Source: Myxococcales bacterium
GTDB taxonomy: Bacteria; Myxococcota_A; Polyangia; Polyangiales; DASUME01
NCBI GenBank assembly: GCA_047601445.1
Contig: JASGJH010000001.1
Location: 8,480,001 to 8,544,000 of the forward strand
Length of the DNA stretch: 64,000 nt
Direction of reading: 5' to 3'
Part shown: positions 47,827 to 56,551 of the stretch, in pieces
Position numbering within the stretch: the stretch's first letter is position 1
Layout of the letters: each line of letters opens with the position of its first letter
Made by a program: the position numbers and the translations under genes
The notes under the pieces: generated by a model
Told to the model about the DNA's origin: nothing
Databases searched by the model: none
Seen by the model: only the letters and a program-made list of their open reading frames with translations

Positions 47827-48756
47827 CTAACCCCGAATCGGCAGCAGGCTCCCACCGACCTCAACACCGTCATACCCGAATGATTGGAGCAGTCCATGCA
47901 GAGCGTGGCCGGCGACGTCCCGATTCGCGGTTGGACCGTGAAGGACGCCAGAGATCGGGAGCGTTGCACGCGGGGTCCCGCTCGGTAGCGGGCGGCCGTA
48001 TTCGATGTACGGCGTCAAGCCGTACCTTCCAACCCTATACTTCGCGCCATTCCAGGGCCCGCTCTCTCCGCAAACCAACCGCCACTCTTGCTCGGCCTTA
48101 AAGGCGGGATGCTTGAAAGCGAGGAGTAGTCGCAGAAGAGGTTGATGAATGTATACGCGCAGCGCCTTATCCGATTTGTCGACATCGCCATCATCGGGGA
48201 AGTGGGTCTCCGCATACTTGACGACGATCCCTAGTAGTTCATCAAGCAGTGCCCGTTGCTCATCTTCCTCGTATACGACCCGGATTAGAGAGAAGTGGTG
48301 ACGTGGCCGTGCTTCCTCTTGCCCTTGGAGAAGTTCTCCGGTGTTGAAGCGAAGGGAGTAGCCATCGTTGGGCGCATACACTCGCCACTGATTGAGCAGA
48401 TTTCCGTCCTCACAAAAACACGCCACGTAGAATGCAAACTGGGTCGTCACCCATTGTCCCTTGAATGGCTCCAACAGTCGGCGCGCGGCTGCGTTGTGAG
48501 TTCCTTTCAAGCAATCATCGATTGCCTGGTCGAGGACAAGGAGCGGATAAAGCGATTCGGACGAGTCGTTGAGGTACAGTGAGTTAGTTGCCCAGAGGCA
48601 ACCGTGCTCGAGTATCCCGATAAGTCCGCGTACGTCGGTATAGTGGTAGAGGTATTTGGGGGGCGTCGAGTGCAGTTGCTCCGCTTTCGCCCTTTGGAGC
48701 TCGCTCGGAAATGCCTCTATGATTTCTAGACGCTGCTGAGCGTTGCGGAAAGCCAT
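47827..48756 (-). CDS. DUF2971 family protein
   Basis: LYHYT...GIL...LWAT...YLND; YVACF...LLNQWRVYA; FKHPAFKAEQEWR. Confidence 0.82.
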   Translation of the reverse strand: MAFRNAQQRLEIIEAFPSELQRAKAEQLHSTPPKYLYHYTDVRGLIGILEHGCLWATNSLYLNDSSESLYPLLVLDQAIDDCLKGTHNAAARRLLEPFKGQWVTTQFAFYVACFCEDGNLLNQWRVYAPNDGYSLRFNTGELLQGQEEARPRHHFSLIRVVYEEDEQRALLDELLGIVVKYAETHFPDDGDVDKSDKALRVYIHQPLLRLLLAFKHPAFKAEQEWRLVCGESGPWNGAKYRVGRYGLTPYIEYGRPLPSGTPRATLPISGVLHGPTANRDVAGHALHGLLQSFGYDGVEVGGSLLPIRG

Positions 48757-49041
48757 GACGAGTAGGCTCTCATGAGCCCGACAGCGGTACCAGTCCTTCC
48801 TCTTGGGGCTCGCAAAGGTTCCGTCAGCATGGGCGCGCACGCTCGCCGATCCGGTTTCGGCCGGCCACGGCGGGCTACCGCAGTTCAGCGGCCGGCGCGC
48901 CGGCACCTGCCAGGAAGCTTGACAAGGGCCCGGGAACGCCCCCCGGGCGGTACAGAGGCTTTCGAGCTCCACTATGTTGCGGTAGAATCGGGACACTCGG
49001 CCGCGCCTACTCTCCGTAGAGCGCTGTGGCGCATCGGACTT

Positions 49042-51082
49042 ATGTATCTAAGAACTCTCACACTGAAGAACTTTCGTTCCTGCGCAGAAACAACCGTCAA
49101 GCTCGATAGCGTGCTTACTGTGTTGGCAGGCGAAAACAACGCCGGTAAGAGCAATATCCTCGATGCGCTTAGGCTGGTGTCGGCGCCGTCCGATACCCGC
49201 CGAGGGCGCAGTTTTGACGTCGACGACCTGCGAATGGGCGCTGGAAGACTTCAGCTAAGCGCCGAGTTTGCCGAGCTCGACGCGGCCCAACGTGGCCTGT
49301 TTTTTACCGCATTAAAGAGCAACAACTCGGACGAGGCGCTCTATCACCTATCGTGGGAGCCACCTCTCGGCCGTTCAAGGCGTCGGTGGGCGTCGTGGAC
49401 GACGGGCGCTTCAGGCGCTCCGGAACAGGAGCCCGATGTTCGGGATCTTATTCGGCACGTCCATCTCCCCGCGCTTCGCGATGCCGATCGAGACTTGGCC
49501 TCGAGTAGCCCAGGTCGGATTCGAGTTCCTGTTGCGTCAACTGCTTGCCGGCAACGACGAAGAAAAGGAAAAGCTACTTCGAAGCGTGCGCTCAGCATCG
49601 ACGACACTGCTTAAGGAGCGCCCACTTCATGCTGCGCGAGAGCGCGTAAGCGAGGTGTTTCGTCCTCTGTCCGCAGGGTTTCACGCGCACGACGCTCATC
49701 TACGATTTGCCGACGCCTCGCTCGTAGGCCTTGCTCGCGACCTGCGGTTCTCTCTGTCGCATGAGGGGTTGGACCCCGATCGTGTTCTTCAGACGGGGCT
49801 CGGCTATTCAAACTTGTTGTATTTGGCGACTGTTCTCGTAGAGCTGGATGCCGCACGCGACGCCGAGCTGACCTTGCTACTGGTTGAGGAGCCGGAGGCA
49901 CACCTGCATCCGCAGCTGCAACGCGCGACGCTGGCCTTTCTAGAGGGAAAGGCGAAGGAGTCTGCGAACAGAAAGTCTGTGCCAGGAGAGCATGCCGGCC
50001 GCATTCAGGTTGTCGTTTCGACCCACTCACCAAATCTAACGGCCGCCACTTCGATCGAGCGGCTGGTCATAATGCGAGCAACTCGGACACGGCCTTCGGT
50101 CCCGGCACGACCTGGCGAGGTTAGGGAACTACCCCCGGTGGGCCGCGCGCCCGTGGAGGGTAACATCGCCGAGTCTATTCCTGGTGACCAAAACTCCGTC
50201 GCACCTGGCACAGGTTCCGAGGCACAGCACAGCATCTCGGCCCCGACTGAATCTTTCGCAGTGGCGATCCGAGACCTCGAGCTGCCAAAGCAGGATTTGC
50301 GCAAGATCGATCGCTATCTTGATGTTACTAAGTCGACTTTGTTGTTCGGGCGCAAAGTGCTGCTGGTGGAAGGCATCGCAGAGGCTCTGCTGATCCCGGT
50401 GCTGGCCGAGTTGGTTCTCACACCCGCGGAGATGGCGAGCTTTCGTGCAGTCTCCGTGGTCGCCATCGACGGGGTGGACTTTGAACCGTACGTGCGGCTG
50501 CTCCTGACGGCACCAAAAGGTACAGCGAACTCGATCGCGGACCGCGTGGTGGTTGTTACGGACGAGGATCCTTCCGCCTCCACGCAGGCGAGCAAATCCG
50601 CGCAGCAAACTGAGGCGGAGCCAGATGAGGGGGCCAATGCAGCGGCTGGGCCACCCGTTGCAAAGAAAACCAAAGGCGCGCGAGCAGCAGGACACACACG
50701 GAAGCAAGGGCTCGAGAAACTTGCTGCGGAGCACGGAGCGACTGAGCGTCTACACGTTGAGCTTACCCCGCTAACGTTTGAGGCCTCCTTATTATCCAGC
50801 ACCCCGACGGCCGCCGCCGCTGGCGAGTTCGTGAAACTAGCATTCGCATCTTGCGATGGAGGGGAGCAGCGTGACAAGGCGTGGGCCACGCGGATAGACG
50901 CGTTTCCGATCGAGGAGCGGGGTAAGCGATTCGTCGAGTGGCTAAAGTCAACCGGCACGCGAAAGGGAGACTTCGCCCAGGCCCTGGCGCAGGTCATCGA
51001 GCAGAAGCGAGCAACCGAAGCGAACTCGCGCTTTCCAGTTCCAGAGCACCTCGTTCGCGCTTTGCGGGTGCTGGTCGGATGA
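49042..51082 (+). CDS. OLD-family ATP-dependent nuclease (ABC ATPase + TOPRIM), GajA-like (one frameshift at ~49521)
   Basis: LKNFRS; GENNAGKS; GLGYSNL; LLVEEPEAHLHPQLQ; STHSP; LLVEGIAE; TDED; removing one T joins the two ORFs. Confidence 0.88.
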
Positions 51083-52842
51083 CGAAATCGAGCAAGCCAA
51101 CGAACGAGCAGCTTTCAGTTGTCGGGGCTGGTGGGCATCTCCTGGTGCGTGCTTGCCCCGGGGCTGGAAAAACCAGGACCATGGTCGCCTTGGGGGAGCG
51201 GGCTGCTGCAACGGGAGGAGCTCGCTCCGGAGTAGCGTTTCTGTCGTTTACGAATGCTGCAGTTGACGAACTGAACCAGCGTCTTTGTGACACTGCAACG
51301 AATAGGGGGATGACGCGCGCACCGCACTACACGGGGACGTTCGACGCGTTCCTGATCAAGTATGTGCTTGGACCTGATGGGCACTCGCATGCGCCAGGTA
51401 TTCGGGTGCAGTTTCGAGACCACTGGGGAGGGCACCCTATCCGTTTCAAGGCAGGAAAGACGACAATGAGCGTTCCGCTCGATGTCTTTCTTCCAAACGG
51501 TCGCACAGTACGGCTCGACAAGAACCGAGCTCCTCACGGAGCCTATGCGCTACGCGCGTTCTTAGAGCGGCTTGATCAGCAGGAACGCGAGCGCCTGTGC
51601 GAGATTGGGAATCAGGAAGTACGGCGGCGCCTCAAGGCTGGTATCCTGACCTCTCCGTTTCTGCGCTCGGAGGCAAGGAAGCGGCTCGGTCGCGATCGTG
51701 CCAATGCGCATTTGGCCGCGCGCTTTCACACGGTAATAGTTGACGAGGCCCAGGACTGTGACGCAGTTGACCTGGAAATCTTGGACGCGCTCAAAACGGC
51801 TGGCTGCCGTTGCGTCGTGGTTGCCGACCCCGAGCAGGCAATCTTTCGGTGGCGTGATGCGGATCCAGCGCGCCTCTCGCTCCTAGGCTTTCCAGAGATG
51901 AGACTGACTGGCAACTTCCGGTCGAGCGACACGATTTGCCGAGCCGCTGCCACACTGCGAAGCGTCGAGAGTGAACCAGATACCGCCCTGGGACCTGCTG
52001 CCATGGTTCAGAATCCAGTCATTGTGGTGCCCTTCAGCACGGATGATCTCGATTCGGGTAAGGTTTTGGCTGAGTTTACTCAGGCACTCGAGCGAGCCGG
52101 CATAGATACCAAGAGTGCTGCGATTGTTGCTCATCGCGAGGCGCATGCTGGCCGCGTACTTGGAATACGCGACGACATAAGAGCATCAGAATCGTTTGCA
52201 GCTGTGCTGGCGCGGGGTAGTTCTTCGAGTGCCAGCTCGGCAGACCGAACAGCGGCTGTCCAACGACTGCAGGAAACCCTGGCGAGCGCGTTTGATCCGG
52301 CAGCTCGGCAAGATCCGAATCTGAAAGGGTGGATTCATCACACAGCCCGACAGGTGATGGGAGAGCTTGCGGGCCAACACATTTCCTTGTCTGGGGTGTG
52401 TAAGAGTACGAGGAAGATCCTGGCAGGGATCAGTGCGCCGCCGGGTCAGTCGTTTATCAAGGAGCCTGCGAAGTGCTTCACCGCGAAAGGCCGTGGCGCT
52501 GTCACTCCATCTAGCAACTCACCGGGTCCCCTGATGCGGTACTCAACTGTGCATGCCGTTAAGGGGCGAGAATACGACGCAGTCCTCGTGGTGGTTGGCG
52601 ACACAAGTTATTTGGATGAGCTCGTTGACGCATGGCGCGCACGCGACCCGGCCCACGAGGGGCGCGCGGTTCTCTATGTTGCAGCTACTCGCGCGCGCCG
52701 ACTGTTGGTGTTCGCTGTTCCCGCGCGCGTCTGCGACGCGGTTGCGGAACTGCTGAGGCGCCAAGGAGCGCCTGTTCAAGTCGCCTCGGGAGCTCGGGAG
52801 ACCGAGTTCGTGCTGCGTTGGAGCGCGTTGGAAACGGCCTGA
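51079..52842 (+). CDS. UvrD-like helicase, GajB-like
   Basis: ACPGAGKT; LSFTNAA; VDEAQD; DPEQAIF; NFRS; STVHAVKGREY; YVAATRAR; ATGA overlap with the OLD gene. Confidence 0.9.
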   Translation: MTKSSKPTNEQLSVVGAGGHLLVRACPGAGKTRTMVALGERAAATGGARSGVAFLSFTNAAVDELNQRLCDTATNRGMTRAPHYTGTFDAFLIKYVLGPDGHSHAPGIRVQFRDHWGGHPIRFKAGKTTMSVPLDVFLPNGRTVRLDKNRAPHGAYALRAFLERLDQQERERLCEIGNQEVRRRLKAGILTSPFLRSEARKRLGRDRANAHLAARFHTVIVDEAQDCDAVDLEILDALKTAGCRCVVVADPEQAIFRWRDADPARLSLLGFPEMRLTGNFRSSDTICRAAATLRSVESEPDTALGPAAMVQNPVIVVPFSTDDLDSGKVLAEFTQALERAGIDTKSAAIVAHREAHAGRVLGIRDDIRASESFAAVLARGSSSSASSADRTAAVQRLQETLASAFDPAARQDPNLKGWIHHTARQVMGELAGQHISLSGVCKSTRKILAGISAPPGQSFIKEPAKCFTAKGRGAVTPSSNSPGPLMRYSTVHAVKGREYDAVLVVVGDTSYLDELVDAWRARDPAHEGRAVLYVAATRARRLLVFAVPARVCDAVAELLRRQGAPVQVASGARETEFVLRWSALETA

Positions 52843-53030
52843 CGCCCTGGTTGGGTGCAACGAGGGAGGCTGGCGCAATGAAGGTAAAGCAAACGAACGA
52901 CCCCCTCCGCGTAGAGGTTGACCGCGTTTGCATAGCCGGTTTTCGGGAAGGGGGCCGTCCTGGCCGCGCGCGGGTGCGATCGCTGTCGCTTCGACCGGTT
53001 GCGGCACCACGGCGCGGGACGGCGCAAGTG

Positions 53031-53052
53031 GTAGCAGCAAATGTAGCAGCAG
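53031..53052 (+). repeat. Putative integrase arm-type sites (right end)
   Basis: GTAGCAGCAAATGTAGCAGCAG; 20/21 match to 38781-38801. Confidence 0.7.
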
Positions 53053-53118
53053 ACCCTTTAACGCACCGAAGGGCTGAACGGTGCCCGCCCAACCCTTCGG
53101 AAACACTCTGTCTTTTAG

Positions 53119-53192
53119 TCGGGGTGGCCGGATTCGAACCAGCGACATCTAGCTCCCAAAGCTAGCGCACTACCAGGCTGTGCTACACCCCG
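53119..53192 (-). tRNA. tRNA-Pro (TGG)
   Basis: Cloverleaf: CGGGGTG/CACCCCG acceptor, GCAC/GTGC D-stem, CTAGC-TTTGGGA-GCTAG anticodon arm, GCTGG-TTCGAAT-CCGGC T-arm; CCA not encoded. Confidence 0.97.
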
Positions 53193-53201
53193 AGGCCGCG
53201 C

Positions 53202-53230
53202 AAGCTAGCGCAACTCAAGGCAAAACTCAA
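53202..53230 (-). promoter_or_regulatory. Candidate sigma70 promoter of tRNA-Pro
   Basis: Minus strand TTGAGT-N17-TAGCTT, ending 9 bp before the tRNA. Confidence 0.55.
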
Positions 53231-53850
53231 GGGCACGCCCAAACGAGCGAAACGCTCGGAAAAGGGCCTCCTTTCAGGCCCAACCCGGGCGCTGTCCCCG
53301 CCCCCTCACAGCATCGCGACCCGACGCTGCACGCGGTCCGCAATTCCGCTGCTCCGGCCCCGCCACGTCCAGGCATGTCCTGACCTCCGGCGCCGAACCA
53401 AGTGCCGTCCGGAATCGCTGCTTCCGATTGCTTGCGTGCTCGCCCAAGCGTTCGTCGATGTCGAGGGCCACGGTGCTCGAGGCTCGCTTGGCTGACTGGT
53501 CGATCTCCGTCGTTCAGCTCGATGCGGGCGGACACACGGGCCTGCTGAGTGTTCATCACGGGGCGTGTCCCGAGGGCACTCGGCCTTGGCCCCAAGCGCA
53601 CTCCTTCTCCACCTTACTGAAGCGCCTCTTCGATGAGCGCAATGGCGATGTCGAGCTCGTCGACGTCGTTTGTTACACGGCGAGGATGCTGCCGCCGTAC
53701 ATCTACAACTAGGCTCTCTTGCTCTATCAAGTTGGCGGAGATTGGTGCGCGCGCAACGGCACTTGCTCCCCCAATTGGGATGACTGATCTCACCCCTTTC
53801 GAGGTAGGGGCCTCCTTGACAGACTTTCGTGGTAATCGCATGACTGCGAA

Positions 53851-54469
53851 ATGCCGCCGTCTGCTCCAACACGTGCTTACGATGGGACTACCCGGCGGGC
53901 CCGAGCAGAGGATCTTACCGGGCACATTCTCGACGTCGTCTTGAAAGTGATCGAGGGCCTCGACGCGCCCGATGTCACGCTCGAGGCCGCCGCGAAGGCC
54001 GCTGACGTGGGCGTTCAATCGCTGGTCCGTCGGTTCCGCACCAAGGATGGCCTGTACGCCGCCGCGTTTGCTCGCGCGCGCAGCCAGTACCGTCCTTCGC
54101 GAGAGCAACAGCCCAAGGGCTCCGACACATTCGACTTCATCGTGAAAAGTCAGCTCGACATCTACGAGCGCTGGGGCAAGGCGCTCCTTTATCTTCGGAC
54201 CCAGGAGAACGACCGCCCGGTGCTGCATCGGGAGCTCGAGAATCGGTCGCCGGGAGCGCCGCGCGTGGCTCGAGAAGTTGCTCGCCGAGCGGCTGCCTGA
54301 TGCGCAGCGCGGTGAGGACGCTCTAGCCAAAATCTTCGCGCTCACCGACGTCCACCTGTGGGCCGTGTTTCGCCTCGATATGAAAATGACGCGGCGTCGA
54401 ACGGAGCTCGCCATGGCCGACCTCCTGCGCGGCTACGTCACCAACTTAAGTAAAGGAAATCCGCGATGA
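53851..54469 (+). CDS. TetR family regulator (one frameshift at ~54242)
   Basis: RAYDGTTRR...VTLEAAAKAADVGVQSLVRRFRTKDGL; removing one A continues into RRAWLEKLL...LTDVHLW. Confidence 0.8.
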
Positions 54470-55212
54470 AGCCCGATGAGATTCTCACGATCAAAGGAGT
54501 CCGAGGCACGCTTCCGTTCGAGGTCTTCAAGCCGCGCGGAGCGGGTCCCTGGCCGGCCGTCTTGATCATCCACGAGCTCATCGGGCTCAATGACGATATT
54601 CGCGGTATCGCGCGGCGCTTCGCCGACAACGGCTATTTGGCGGGTTGTCCCGACTTGATGGCTGATGGCGGGCGCATCAAGTGCGTGCGGTCCGCGCTCG
54701 AGTCGCTGCGCAAGGGCGCTGGGCCCACGGTCGACCAGCTCACCACCGGCATCGAGATGCTGCGGGCGCGTCGCGACACGAGCGACGTGGGAGTCGCGGG
54801 ATTCTGCATGGGTGGCGGCTTTGCGACGTTGCTCGCCACGCGACAGAAGCTTGGAGCAGCAGCTGTTTTTTACGGTGACATCCGCCCCAGCGAAGAGCTC
54901 AAGAACGCATGCCCCATCGTCGGTGGTTACGGCGGCAAGGACAAGGCCTACCGGAGCAAGGGCGAGAAGCTCAAGCAGCGCCTCACGCAGTACGGCATTC
55001 CAAACGACATCGCGATCTACCCGGACGCCGTTCATTCCTACATGAATCGTGGCGTTTCGCCGTTGATGGCCGCACTCATTCGCCCCGTCCTCACGGTGGC
55101 TTACAACGAAGCGGCCGCAGAAGACTCGTGGTCGAGAATGCTCGGCTTCTTCGGAGAGCACCTGCGTAAGGAGCGCGAAGCGATTTCCGTGGGAGAACAT
55201 CAGACTTCTTAG
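54466..55212 (+). CDS. Dienelactone hydrolase family protein
   Basis: IHELIGLN; GFCMGG; YPDAVHSY. Confidence 0.9.
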   Translation: MKPDEILTIKGVRGTLPFEVFKPRGAGPWPAVLIIHELIGLNDDIRGIARRFADNGYLAGCPDLMADGGRIKCVRSALESLRKGAGPTVDQLTTGIEMLRARRDTSDVGVAGFCMGGGFATLLATRQKLGAAAVFYGDIRPSEELKNACPIVGGYGGKDKAYRSKGEKLKQRLTQYGIPNDIAIYPDAVHSYMNRGVSPLMAALIRPVLTVAYNEAAAEDSWSRMLGFFGEHLRKEREAISVGEHQTS

Positions 55213-55483
55213 TCGTATGAGTAAATGGAGATCGGATGGCCAGAAGTCTGCTGACCTGCTGGCGACGGTCTTGTTTTGTCCTGCGTGCGCTCGCAGCTTC
55301 GCCGTGGCTAGCGTCAACTGGGCAAAATACACTTGGAATCACCCCCAATTTGCATTGCGCCGAGTCACGGTTGATGTGAGTGTTGTCACCTCTTGGTGAG
55401 GGAGTTCTTTGGCTCTCTTACCTTCCGATGTGGAGATCTGTCCAATGCATAAGCCGCCGAGCAGGGCACGTGCCGTGTCCCTG

Positions 55484-56539
55484 ATGCGCATGGATGCGCT
55501 GCACGTTCGCCTCGCTTTCGTCGCAGGCTGTGCGTTGGAAGTTCTGTCGGGTTGTGCCGCCGAGTCGGCTCGCGCCGAGGTCGCGCGCAAGAACGATGCG
55601 ACCCCTGTGCGCCTCGCTCCGGTTCTTCGTGGTGAGGTTGCACGCCCGATCAAGACGTTCGGCGTAGTCGAGGCCAAGTCGCGCATCGATCTGGCATTCA
55701 AGGTCGGCGGTATCGTTCAACGCGTCAACGTCGATGTCGGAACCCGCGTCAAGAAGGGCGCCGTCCTCGCCAGCATCGATCGCACGGAAGTGTTGGTCGA
55801 GGAAGCGCGGGCCAGCGAAGCCATCAAGAAGGCCGAGCGAGACCTCGCGCGTCTGCGGGACTTGCACGCGCTGCGCTCTGCGCCGTGGCTTGACGTCCAG
55901 AATGCGCAGACGACCTTCGAGCTCGCCACTGCGGCTCGTACGCTGGCGAGCTACAACGTCAAGCACTCGGAGCTCGTCGCCCCTGACGACGGGATCATCG
56001 AATTCCGTGCGCTGGACCTGGGCGAGGTCGTGGCTCCTGGTCAGCGTGTGCTGCAGCTGGTGGGCGCCTCGCGCGGGCTAATCGTGAAGACGCAGATCCC
56101 CGAGAGTGAGATCCTGGGGCTCCGTTTGGGGCAGAAAGCGCGCGTTGTGCTCGATGTGTCGCCGGACCAGGTCTTCGAAGGGCACATTAGCTCGATCGCC
56201 CGCGTAAGTACGCCGAGCACGGGGGCGTTTGCCGTCGACATCAGCTTCGACACGCCGGTCGCGACTTCGCTGCCGGCGGGGCTCAGTGCCAAGGTGGAGC
56301 TCGACCGCAGCGAGACTCCGAGCGCCGTGGTGCCGCTCGAATCGCTCATCGAGGGCGACGGTCGCGCAGGGGCTGTCTTTGTGGTCAACGACGGCAAAGC
56401 GAAGCGTCTGCCTGTCTCGGTGAGCTTCGTGGCCAACGGTCAGGTCGGGTTGTCGAGCGCTGAGGGGCTCGCGCAGTGGGTCGTCGATCGCGGCGCGGAT
56501 CAATTGGTAGACGGTTCTGCGGTCGTCGTCGTTCCCTGA
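55484..56539 (+). CDS. RND efflux periplasmic adaptor (MFP)
   Basis: LAFKVGGIV..V.VDVG..VKKG; LVAPDDG; LSGC lipobox; start uncertain. Confidence 0.88.
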   Translation: MRMDALHVRLAFVAGCALEVLSGCAAESARAEVARKNDATPVRLAPVLRGEVARPIKTFGVVEAKSRIDLAFKVGGIVQRVNVDVGTRVKKGAVLASIDRTEVLVEEARASEAIKKAERDLARLRDLHALRSAPWLDVQNAQTTFELATAARTLASYNVKHSELVAPDDGIIEFRALDLGEVVAPGQRVLQLVGASRGLIVKTQIPESEILGLRLGQKARVVLDVSPDQVFEGHISSIARVSTPSTGAFAVDISFDTPVATSLPAGLSAKVELDRSETPSAVVPLESLIEGDGRAGAVFVVNDGKAKRLPVSVSFVANGQVGLSSAEGLAQWVVDRGADQLVDGSAVVVVP

Positions 56540-56551
56540 TAGGAGGTTTCG

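Larger units (their letters stand above)
38603..53161. mobile_element. Integrative, phage-satellite-like element (~14.5 kb) in tRNA-Pro
   Basis: 46-bp terminal direct repeats; integrase, HTH excisionase and Prim-Pol/DUF3987; no capsid, tail or conjugation genes seen. Confidence 0.88.

Noticed and set aside
44985..49525. Programmed ribosomal frameshifting in the defence genes
   Set aside because: No canonical slippery heptamers at the breaks, unlike the IS3 A7G site
38649..53115. Complete prophage or conjugative ICE
   Set aside because: No capsid, tail, lysis, relaxase or T4SS genes recognisable
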